Of a stretch of DNA of 64,000 bases, positions 1-9,970 are shown in pieces (position 1 is the stretch's first letter; each line of letters opens with the position of its first letter). Where the stretch lies: positions 90,790 through 154,789 of the forward strand of contig NW_018479971.1 of assembly GCF_002113885.1 (NCBI RefSeq). Reading direction: 5' to 3'. The notes under the pieces were generated by a model. It did not search any database and was not told where the DNA came from. It saw nothing but the letters and a program-made list of their open reading frames with translations. Both the position numbers and the translations under genes were made by a program. The DNA is from Mizuhopecten yessoensis. Taxonomy: Eukaryota.

Positions 1-199
1 TTTGTACAACAATACAAATATAAGTACAAAAAACAAACTTCTGCTTAATAGAAAAATACAAATTACAGACAGCCCTGTAATTTAGGACAACCACAGCTAA
101 TGCAGCCTGTGGTTAGGACGATTACAGACAGCACCTGTAATTAGGACAACTGCAGAAAGCACTACAGTTAGGGATGGTTAGTATTGGTTACATTAGACA

Positions 200-2112
200 T
201 CATCCAAAGTCTAATCGCAGAGCAATCATCTTGAAAGGCGGATCGATTCTCCCGAATACAGACTTATTTCCCTTCCCCAGAGAATATGAATCTTTATTAG
301 TTGGTAAGTATAACATTCCAACCACCTCGGGTCTAAAGCCGCCACCACTTGGACATAAAAATGGCCAAAAGCTGGCAGACCTCCACAAAGGTACAACCAA
401 CGTGCCGTATGCACCACACTGTTGCATATACTTTAGCACTCTATGCACCAAGCATGCTGGTGGCACGAACCACCCGTTCACCCCTTGCCAATCAGCTGTG
501 AACGCGTCCATACCGGACGACTGTGTATCAAAATACCTAGAAAAATATACCGGTAGCTTTCTATTGTTGACACTGGAAAACCAGTCAATTTCGTGAGGCC
601 CCCAAAGGGAATCTACATGGACAAAAATGTCCTTAGAAACACCCCAATCATCACAATCAATGATACGACTAATGTAGTCTGCCTGCTCATTTTCCCCTCG
701 AGGGATCCATTCAATATCAATAGAAATACCATTTGCTAAACACGTGTCAAATATTGACAACGCAAGACTTTGTAGCTCGGATTTCATACTCCCTTTGTTT
801 ACAATACACACAACATTCTGGTTATCTGTGTACCATTTCACACGCTTACCTCGAAGCACGTGTACCAATGACAACAATACACTACTGACAGCTGACAATT
901 CACGCCATGTCGAACTTTTCTCCTTCTCACTATCACTCCACATACCGTGGGCGAAACCAACCGGGGTATCTACCTCATAACCCCGGAACCCGTACCACTG
1001 GCGTCACTGAAAACTATTTTTTGACAGGAATAATCAAAATTAAACTTTTTCTCGTTTATTCGATCGACACTCCTTTCCCAAAAATAAAGTTGTTCAATAC
1101 TTGACCTAGACAATACTATTCCGGCATTCCATGATGGGGCAGATGCTATATCAATACTTAAGCTCTTTGTCATTATATATACAACATTTCCCAAAATGTA
1201 TGACATTGAAACTATCTGTAACTTCGAATTTGAAAAATCTTACTTTATTACCGAATCGCCATGAAAAACCCAAAAATGTTGTGTGTGGTTCGAAAATTTC
1301 AATGTGGTGATAGGCCGAATGTATGTCAAATTTAAAACAAAAACAATCATTTTTGATAAATTGCATGGCCACCCTTATATCTTCAAACTTTACACTACAT
1401 TTCAACAGGTGTGCATTGACGTGTCTCAAATCTAATATAAGACGTTTCTTACCGCTAGCTTGAACGGACACTGTCAATGGGTTAGTGACGTAAGGCATCT
1501 CGCTACACTCTCAACCAATGACCTTGCTACCAGATCTAAGATCGCTTTCTCAACAAATGATTCATGTTTCAACGCCGGCTGATTATTTTTTAACCATACC
1601 GAACATGGAGTAGAATAAAAGGGAATCTTGTACCCGTTTCTGATAGTATCCAATATAAAATTGCTACATCCTATACTCTCCCAGAACGAAATACGTCCTT
1701 TTAATCTAATCTTGACTTTGATATCAGCTTGCCCTTGCTCGTATTCATAAAAATCATCAGTCAAAAAATACTCATCTTTTACAAAGTCACTCTTTTCCGC
1801 CTGCACGACTGGACTTGGCTTGGCCTGGACACTCGTTTCTCCAGTGTGAGAATGATCCACAGCTAAAACATCCGCCTCCAGTCGTCCGCCTTCGTTGTGG
1901 GTAAGTGTGTGCGTGTGCTGACCCGGCCTGGGATGCGGGCCACGCGTTGACCCATGACTCCTGACCTTGGGGCACACGAAAGGGCAACTGAACACCAGAA
2001 ACACCAGGACCAACACTCGCAGGCTTGTAGACACTTTGTTTACGATTGTGCTGTTGTTTTCCCTTCTTTTTCTTGAGGGCCCGATTCTCCGCCCTGTTGA
2101 TTTTCCCCTCAT
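200..2112 (-). pseudogene. pol: pol (RT - RNase H - DNA adenine methyltransferase-like), frameshifted and internally deleted
   Basis: Pieces 1474-2112 (ILDTIRNGYKIPF), 1151-1498 (NPLTV...KKRLILDLRHVN...FDIHSAYHHI), 970-1206 (SMSYILG...DASGTG) and 200-943 (RH/MT). Frameshifts lie near 1500 and 975. The LPFG and YLDD blocks are missing at a junction near 1220. Confidence 0.88.
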
Positions 2113-2491
2113 CGTCAGAATTATTTGCTATTGGATTGTGCTCGTACTGACGCACAGTTTCCCATCCACCGTCACTGGTATCCGCGATTTTAATTAATTT
2201 GTTTCGCTTGGACAATTTCTCCTGCACACTAGCTACTAATTCGCACGCATAGTCGACCTTTACATTTTGTAAAGCCCAAGACACTTGATCCAAATCTTCC
2301 TTTATTTCTGTGTTGAGGGCAAACTGCAGTCTATGACTCTCGCTTTTCCATTTGAAAGAATGTTCCACCTTTAAACGCTTGACCTGGGCGGACACCTGCC
2401 CGGCCGACCCCTTTACTTCCTCCTTCAATTCCCCAATTTCGCGCCGTAAATTTGCGTTTATAGACGCAATACTGTCACCTTGCGATTTCAC
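1787..2491 (-). CDS. gag: Gag-like protein of the DIRS-group element (C-terminal CCHC zinc knuckle)
   Basis: Contains CFSCGSFSHWRNEC (CX2CX4HX4C), a coiled-coil N-terminus and the KRNKLIKIADTSDGGWETVRQYE block typical of these gag ORFs. No in-frame ATG was found upstream; the frame is open from about 2569. Confidence 0.8.
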   Translation of the reverse strand: MKSQGDSIASINANLRREIGELKEEVKGSAGQVSAQVKRLKVEHSFKWKSESHRLQFALNTEIKEDLDQVSWALQNVKVDYACELVASVQEKLSKRNKLIKIADTSDGGWETVRQYEHNPIANNSDDEGKINRAENRALKKKKGKQQHNRKQSVYKPASVGPGVSGVQLPFRVPQGQESWVNAWPASQAGSAHAHTYPQRRRTTGGGCFSCGSFSHWRNECPGQAKSSRAGGKE

Positions 2492-2804
2492 GGCGTTTAG
2501 AATGTCTCCTAAACTTATCTGTCCTCCTGAACGTGTCGACGTGGTCGCTCTGAATGACCACCTTACACCTTACACACCCACCCGTGCGACACAAGCACGG
2601 ACACTACATGCTGCCTCATGCAGCACGCATACGACAGGAGAAAACAATTTCAGTCTAATTCGTACCTCAAACGAATGAAATTGTATGTATATCAATTGTG
2701 TGTGAGACGAAATTATAAATGTTGAAAAATTGAAATAGTTGATTATACCAAACACTGCCGACATACAGATGATCCCATTCCAAGTTTTCCATATATCGCT
2801 TCAA

Positions 2805-2872
2805 TCGGGAACCGTCGGCACTTTCCGTAAACGAGAAAATACTCGTTTACAGAAAGTGCTGACGTTTCCCGA
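2805..2872. repeat. Inverted repeat / hairpin (about 31-bp arms, 6-nt loop)
   Basis: tcgggaaccgtcggcactttccgtaaacgag-aaaata-ctcgtttacagaaagtgctgacgtttcccga. Confidence 0.8.
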
Positions 2873-2999
2873 ATATTTTCGCTTGTGTTTTTAAGCAAAA
2901 CTCAAAACTCGGAAAGACGCCATATCAGAATGTGTGTTAATATTTTTTAATACGTGCTAAGCACAATGAAATCAACTTTGATTTAACCGGCTCAAATTT

Positions 3000-3590
3000 A
3001 AATGTGGTGGAGATTACAATTTGAACACACCAACTCTTATGGAATCTCGTGAAGAAATTCCCGTATGTTCCATTTTTATCATGGTTCCTTTTGGCACGTA
3101 CAATACAGCTTGGTACGAACATATTGTGCCGGTTGCTTTTTGTTACCGGCGACCACGTCAAAGGGGGATAACTGCATATATATATTTGTGAAACTCAAAT
3201 GTGCTACTGTTTTTATTTCAATTTGCGCATGGGTTCGACACACTGCGCATGGGTTCGACACACTGCGCAAGACCTGTGTCGCTTGTCCAGTTTTCAACTC
3301 CTAATAGAGTTCTATTTCAGGAAACATGAACTCTATTTTCGTTGTGTCTTCAATTTCTGACGGTAACACATACCGTGGACCCGAATTTATGAAATCGTTT
3401 TCATGCTCAAGCAGAGATTTTGAGCTCAAGACTAATTTCTTCTTCCGGTTATAGATTAATAAAACAAAATCATCATCTTTTGTCAAATATTTGAAAAACA
3501 TTGAAGATCGTATATTGTTTCCAACGTTAAGTTTGACTTCTTGATCGTTCGACACATAATCCATGCTTGAGCAAGAGAACGGTTTCATGA
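3000..3590 (-). pseudogene. Degraded ORF of unknown origin ending in a PHD-finger-like remnant
   Basis: ORFs 3301-3588 and 3079-3297 are in the same frame, separated by one stop. The frame continues TKLYCTCQKEP**...ELVCSNCNLHHI*. There is a 20-bp direct duplication at about 3231-3270. Confidence 0.35.
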
Positions 3591-4001
3591 ATACGGGCCC
3601 AAGTGTCGCTTGTCTTGTGTAAGAAATTTAGTGGAATCCTAAGGTAAACATTCCTTATCGCTATGGGTCCCAAATTCGACTCCTACTAGACGCATTCACT
3701 GCCGCTTTAGTCCTGGGTTCGACTCTAGTGAGTGATATTTTTAAGATGAATTTGGGGCCTTAAAAAGGTTTCTTTCATAAGATAACTTTTGCTGTATTTT
3801 TCCAAAAATCAATGCAGAAATCACTTTATTTCCCCCAAATTACGCTTTCTGTGTGTGATATTTTCCAGAAGTCACAAGGCACAGGCCCCTGTTGAGGGGA
3901 GGTAGAAACATCAGTGGACTCATAACAAAAGACATTTTGGTAACTTACACATTATCACCATCGTGTAACCGCTTGCACTTATAAGGTAAAATACAATAAC
4001 A

Positions 4002-4096
4002 TGACGTCATGATCGGTAAAATAGAGATACCCACTTGTGACGTCACATACCTGTTGCTAAGCTGCTTAGCAATCGGCGAAGGCGGAGATGATCAGT
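4002..4096 (+). promoter_or_regulatory. Putative promoter of the hidden plus-strand gene: two perfect CRE palindromes, a 19-bp palindrome and an Inr-like TCAGT
   Basis: TGACGTCA at 4002-4009 and 4038-4045; ttgctaagc-t-gcttagcaa at 4054-4072; TCAGT at 4092-4096; ATG at 4144 with A at -3. Confidence 0.45.
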
Positions 4097-4143
4097 CTCT
4101 CCCCTGATATTTACTGATTTTGTTAAAATCTTCGATTACCACA

Positions 4144-4226
4144 ATGAATATAAGGTTATTCTTGATATTTGTGGTAATGATGTGCGCCATGCACCAAGGG
4201 CCTACTGTATATCGGGGCCTTACGTG
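4144..4226 (+). CDS. Exon 1 of predicted single-pass membrane protein (signal peptide)
   Basis: MNIRLFLIFVVMMCAMHQGPTVYRGLT(C); ends in phase 2 at a GTAAGT donor (4227). Confidence 0.65.
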
Positions 4227-4402
4227 GTAAGTTTGGACCAGACATGATAAGATTGGATCGCATATGTTATTCTTTGACTTGACATTACGCAAAGATCTCG
4301 CGGAGCTCAAATCAACTTCAATAACCTTTTCAAGTTTACGATTGTGTTGCCATTGAATGCACAGAAATATTTACTCTTAACTTTATAATTTTAACTCTGT
4401 AG

Positions 4403-4499
4403 CGTGGAGCCCGAGCCAGGATATGCCAAAAGATTGTTTTATTATTTCACCGCAAGTGAAATTGAGAAAGTCTGTCCAACGGTTACCGCTCTGACAAGG
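4403..4499 (+). CDS. Exon 2 of predicted membrane protein (short ectodomain)
   Basis: Acceptor ttttaactctgtAG; phase 2 in, phase 0 out; VEPEPGYAKRLFYYFTASEIEKVCPTVTALTR; donor GTAAGG. Confidence 0.65.
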
Positions 4500-4855
4500 G
4501 TAAGGATTACATTTGTTTATTATTAATGACTGTGTGTTATGAAACGTCAACAGTTTTTGTACTAATAATTAAGTAAGATTATACTTGTGATGATGCTTAT
4601 CTGATTCTCCTTCTCACAAAGTTATTTTATTTATTATGTTTTACGCGTGTGCATTTCGTTTTGTGTGATTTAACCTGTGTGTATTTCGCAATTTTTATCA
4701 ACCGCCGGCTATGCTTTAAATGCGTCCAGTTGGCGTAAAAACGTTTTTCTTCTCCTGTTTTGTTGGTACCTTAGGAATTTGCAGATCTGGAACATTGAAT
4801 GTTTGTATTAGAATACAATTCCCTGAACAAATACTTATGATTTGATTTGTTTTAG

Positions 4856-4991
4856 CGATTTGGAAATGAGGTATTCTATAATCTGCTGTGTGTGCTTCTT
4901 ACCCTGCTGTTGGGATATGCGTCTTTGGTCGGAAAAGTCGTCAAAGAGAAATGGTCAGCCGCCGTGTCAATGTTCCAGAAATGGAGAGCTC
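4856..4991 (+). CDS. Exon 3 of predicted membrane protein (TM helix plus basic juxtamembrane)
   Basis: Acceptor tttgttttAG; RFGNEVFYNLLCVLLTLLLGYASLVGKVVKEKWSAAVSMFQKWRA; phase 1 out at GTAAGT. Confidence 0.68.
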
Positions 4992-5392
4992 GTAAGTAAC
5001 CAGCGAAGTTTAAAATATTAAATAAAGCAGCAGTTTTCAGTTCTAGTGTTCTGTTTACCTTTCAATTAGGACGTTTTCTATAATTAATGTACCTTTCTAT
5101 TAACCTCGTGTTGTAAAACTACCTTAACGCGCCACCTTCCGGTTGATACACGTTTGCTACATGTAGCTTGGAACCCATTTCAGTATTGTACATTCCTGGG
5201 TTCTCAGACCAATGTTTTGATCAATATTACAGCAAATTGTTTGGTAACGTACGGTGTAATTGTGAAATTAACAGGCTTTAATTTCAAAGAAGCTCTTTGA
5301 TAATCTTTAAAGTACGGGTAACACTTTCTATAAGCCTTGCAATTGGTCAGACTTGGGTGTCTGGAACCAGTCAAATGGCTATCTGTTAGTCC

Positions 5393-6131
5393 CGGTGTAG
5401 CATGGTATTGTGAAGCATGATGAAAGGAACAGCGGTTCATATTACCATTATAGTTATATGAACCGTCATTTATTGTAAAGTGAAGTGCCCCTGTCACACC
5501 CTAAATTGTTTTTCGTCAGACTTGATTTTTGTGATTTTCATATGCACTACATCAAACTGATGTAAACTAAAACACGTTTGGTTTAAAGAAAGTCAAATAA
5601 AAGAAATAAAAAAACTTCATTTCACCATTATGGTAAAGTAAAGGGCCCCTGCCCCACCCTAAATTGGTCTACCCTAGACTTTATTTTTATGATTTTCATA
5701 TTCAGGACATCAAACTGTCAAAAAAGTCAAACAGAAAAAAGGTAAAACCCTGTATTTCTTGATTATGGTAAAGCGAAGCGGCCCTGACCTCCCTACCTTT
5801 CTCTACCCAAGACTAATCTTTTGTGATTTTCATATTCAGGACATCAAACTGATGTAAATTAAAACAGATTTGGTTTAAAAAAGTCAAATAGAAAAAAATG
5901 CTAGAACACTTCATTTCACAATTATGGTAAAGTGATGCGCCCCTGCCCCACCCTAAATTGTTCTTCCCCAGACTTAATTTTTGTCATTTTCAGATAAAAT
6001 ACATCAAACTGAAATAAAATGGAAATTGATGGTAGCCTTCATTTTACCATGGGGCGGTTCATATTACCATAATGGTAATTTGAACCGCGGTTCAATTTCA
6101 CCATGACCTTCATATTACCATACCTACACCG
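5393..6131. mobile_element. Non-autonomous DNA transposon (MITE) with ~75-bp imperfect TIRs and 3-4 internal ~150-bp tandem repeats, in intron 3 of the hidden gene
   Basis: The left end cggtgtagcatggtattgtgaag...gcggttcatattaccattatagttatatgaaccg matches the reverse complement of the right end (...ttaccatacctacaccg). Internal units read ggtaaagt..cccctgccccaccctaaattg...catcaaactg. Confidence 0.7.
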
Positions 6132-6239
6132 TGTTCCGTTATGAGGAAATCTACGGATGCATAGAAAGTAATGTTTTGTGTGCCGAAAACTAAAACCCTT
6201 GATTTCGGAAAGTCGTAACATAAATATTTGTTTGTACAG

Positions 6240-6532
6240 GTCCTTCCCTCTGTCGTCACTGCGGTACTGCCCCGTGTCAGGTCAAAAGGAGATCCTTGTG
6301 GAAGCCCTCGGGTACTCGAAAGAAAGACAAGGCGAATTTCGCAAAGAGATCCAACGCCATGATGTTGTTTTACTATGGACTAGAGTTGTCCGTAGTACTG
6401 ACCAAAGAGCTGCCATGGAATGACCTGTACTTGCAGAGGAAGTTGGTCCAGCATTTTGAGGAGAAGCATATGGTATTGTTCCCAGTATGCATCCAGCGTC
6501 AGATAAACTACTGGTACCCTGTCCCTGGTTAG
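6240..6532 (+). CDS. Exon 4 of predicted membrane protein (Cys-rich cytoplasmic domain, P2X7-ballast-like spacing)
   Basis: Acceptor tttgtttgtacAG; phase 1 in (C|GT = Arg); PSLCRHCGTAPC...NFAKR...WNDLYLQRK...FPVCIQRQINYWYPVPG*. Same frame as track ORF 6296-6532. Confidence 0.68.
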
Positions 6533-6539
6533 GTAATGT

Positions 6540-9500
6540 ACTCTGTCCCTCAGCTGGTACTATGTCCCTCGCTTGATTGGTGTTATATCCTTCTCTATGT
6601 ACTCTGTACTATATTCCTCGCTCATAACACTGCCATTCACTAGGTACTATGTCCCTCGCTTGATTGGTGTTATGTCCTTCTCTATGTACTCTGTACTATA
6701 TCCCTCGCTAATAACACTGTCATTCACTAGGTACTATGTCCCTCGCTAGGATGGTGTTATATCCCTCTCTATGTACTCTGTACTATATCCCTCGCTAATA
6801 ACACTGTCATTCACTAGGTACTATGTCCCTCGCTAGGATGGTGTTATATCCCTCTCTATGTACTCTGTACTATATCCCTCGCTAATAACACTGTCATTCA
6901 CTAGGTACTATGTCCCTCGCTAGGATGGTGTTATATCCCTCTCTATGTACTCTGTACTATATCCCTCGCTAATAACACTGTCATTCACTAGGTACTATGT
7001 CCCTCGCTAGGATGGTGTTATATCCCTCTCTATGTACTCTGTACTATATCCCTCGCTAATAACACTGTCATTCACTAGGTACTATGTCCCTCGCTAGGAT
7101 GGTGTTATATCCCTCTCTATGTACTCTGTACTATATCCCTCGCTAATAACACTGTCATTCACTAGGTACTATGTCCCTCGCTAGGATGGTGTTATATCCC
7201 TCTCTATGTACTCTGTACTATATCCCTCGCTAATAACACTGTCATTCACTAGGTACTATGTCCCTCGCTAGGATGGTGTTATATCCCTCTCTATGTACTC
7301 TGTACTATATCCCTCGCTAATAACACTGTCATTCACTAGGTACTATGTCCCTCGCTAGTATGGTGTTATATCCCTCTCTATGTACTCTGTACTATATCCC
7401 TCGCTAATAACACTGTCATTCACTAGGTACTATGTCCCTCGCTAGGATGGTGTTATATCCCTCTCTATGTACTCTGTACTATATCCCTCGCTAATAACAC
7501 TGTCATTCACTAGGTACTATGTCCCTCGCTAGGATGGTGTTATATCCCTCTCTATGTACTCTGTACTATATCCCTCGCTAATAACACTGTCATTCACTAG
7601 GTACTATGTCCCTCGCTAGGATGGTGTTATATCCCTCTCTATGTACTCTGTACTATATCCCTCGCTAATAACACTGTCATTCACTAGGTACTATGTCCCT
7701 CGCTAGGATGGTGTTATATCCCTCTCTATGTACTCTGTACTATATCCCTCGCTAATAACACTGTCATTCACTAGGTACTATGTCCCTCGCTAGGATGGTG
7801 TTATATCCCTCTCTATGTACTCTGTACTATATCCCTCGCTAATAACACTGTCATTCACTAGGTACTATGTCCCTCGCTAGGATGGTGTTATATCCCTCTC
7901 TATGTACTCTGTACTATATCCCTCGCTAATAACACTGTCATTCACTAGGTACTATGTCCCTCGCTAGGATGGTGTTATATCCCTCTCTATGTACTCTGTA
8001 CTATATCCCTCGCTAATAACACTGTCATTCACTAGGTACTATGTCCCTCGCTAGGATGGTGTTATATCCCTCTCTATGTACTCTGTACTATATCCCTCGC
8101 TAATAACACTGTCATTCACTAGGTACTATGTCCCTCGCTAGGATGGTGTTATATCCCTCTCTATGTACTCTGTACTATATCCCTCGCTAATAACACTGTC
8201 ATTCACTAGGTACTATGTCCCTCGCTAGGATGGTGTTATATCCCTCTCTATGTACTCTGTACTATATCCCTCGCTAATAACACTGTCATTCACTAGGTAC
8301 TATGTCCCTCGCTAGGATGGTGTTATATCCCTCTCTATGTACTCTGTACTATATCCCTCGCTAATAACACTGTCATTCACTAGGTACTATGTCCCTCGCT
8401 AGGATGGTGTTATATCCCTCTCTATGTACTCTGTACTATATCCCTCGCTAATAACACTGTCATTCACTAGGTACTATGTCCCTCGCTAGGATGGTGTTAT
8501 ATCCCTCTCTATGTACTCTGTACTATATCCCTCGCTAATAACACTGTCATTCACTAGGTACTATGCCCCTCGCTAGGATGGTGTTATATCCCTCTCTATA
8601 TACTCTGTACTATATCCCTCGCTAATAACACTGTCCCTCAGCTGGAACTATTTCCCTCGCTAGGATGGTGTTATATCCCTCTCTTTATACTCTGTACTAT
8701 ATCCCTCGCTAATAACACTGTCATTCACTAGGTACTGTGCCCCTCGCTAGGATGGTGTTATATCCCTCTCTATGTATTCTGTACTATATCCCTCGCTAAT
8801 AACACTGTCATTCACTAGGTACTATATCCCTCTCTAGGATGGTGTTATATCCCTCTCTATATACTCTGTACTATATCCCTCGCTAATAACACCGTCATTC
8901 ACTAGGTACTATGTCCCTCGCTAGGATGGTGTTATATCCTTCTCTATGTACTCTGTACTATATCCTTCGCTAATAACACTGTCATTCACTAAGTACTATG
9001 TCCCTCGCTAGGATGGTGGTATATCCCTCTCTATATACTCTGTACTATATCCCTCGCTAATAACACCGTCATTCACTAGGTACTATGTCCCTCTCTAGGA
9101 TGGTGTTATATCCCTCTCTATGTCCTCTGTACTATATCCCTCGCTAATAACACTGTCAATCACTAGGTACTATGTCCCTCTCTAGGATGGTGTTATATCC
9201 CTCTCCATGTACTTTGTACTATATCCCTCGATAATAACACTGTCATTCACTAGGTACTATGTCCCTCGCTAGGACGGTGTTTTATCCCTCTCTATGTACT
9301 CTGTACTATATCCCTCGCTAATAACACTGTCATTCGATAGGTACTATGTCCCTCTCTAGGATGGTGTTATATCCCTCTCCATGTACTTTGTACTATATCC
9401 CTCGATAATAACACTGTCATTCACTAGGTACTATGTCCTCACTTGATTGGTGTTATATCCCTCTCTCTGTATTCTGTACTATATCCCTCGCTAATAACAC

Positions 9501-9970
9501 TGTCATTCACTAGGTACTATGTCCCTCTCTAGGATGGTGTTATATCCCTCTCCATGTACTTTGTACTATATCCCTCGCTAATAACACTGTCATTCACTAG
9601 GTACTATGTACTCACTTGATTGGTGTTATATCCCTCTCCATGTACTTTGTACTATATACCTCGCTAATAACACTGTCACTCACTAGGTACTATGTCCTCA
9701 CTTGATTGGGGTTGTATCCCTCTCTATGTACTCTGTACTATATCTCTCGCTAATAACACTGCCATTCACTAGGTACTATATCCCTCTCTAGAAGCACTGC
9801 CACTCACTAGGTATTATGTCCATTGCTAGGGAGGTACTCCCCCTCTCGAGGTACTATGTCCCTCACTGGGTTGGTACTATATCCTTCTCTAGGTAATAAG
9901 TACTTTGCTAGGTTGTGAAATTTCGTGTAGGTACACTTCCCTCACTAGGTAGGCTACCTTTCCTGGCTAG
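6540..9970. repeat. Satellite array, 87-bp higher-order unit (~37 copies) built from four ~19-26-bp related submonomers
   Basis: Unit aggtactatgtccctcgctaggatggtgttatatccctctctatgtactctgtactatatccctcgctaataacactgtcattcact, with starts at 6729, 6816 and 6903. The core is near-identical to about 8560 and the edges are degenerate. Confidence 0.97.

Larger units (their letters stand above)
1..2640 (-). mobile_element. DIRS-superfamily (DIRS1/PAT-like) tyrosine-recombinase retrotransposon, decayed; runs off the left edge (YR ORF not in window)
   Basis: Order on the minus strand is gag with CCHC knuckle, overlapping RT, RNase H (DAS...STWREL...TDNQ...IPRGENEQAD), then a Dam-like methyltransferase domain (WGPHEIDWF...FSRYF...DAF...W...PP). 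The RT-RH-MT order is diagnostic of DIRS1/PAT-like elements. The 5' boundary is approximate. Confidence 0.88.

Noticed and set aside
174-2678. Plus-strand ORFs (174-596, 1967-2197, 2352-2678)
   Set aside because: They are antisense shadows of the DIRS ORFs.
4775-4800. Extra micro-exon in the hidden gene
   Set aside because: In phase 0 it introduces a TGA stop, and the donor (GTTTGT) is weak.
4398-5161. Solo LTR (tgtagc...gctaca with AATAAA)
   Set aside because: There is no TSD. The left motif is a splice acceptor and the right is part of a short palindrome, so the interval is better explained by exons 2-3 of the hidden gene.
6178-6423. ORF-track 81-aa ORF as the coding frame of the exon
   Set aside because: Its phase is incompatible with the upstream exon; the Cys-rich frame is the compatible one.
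6540-9970. CRISPR-like array (also considered for the other tandem arrays)
   Set aside because: Units are contiguous with no unique spacers, there are no cas genes, and the context is eukaryotic.
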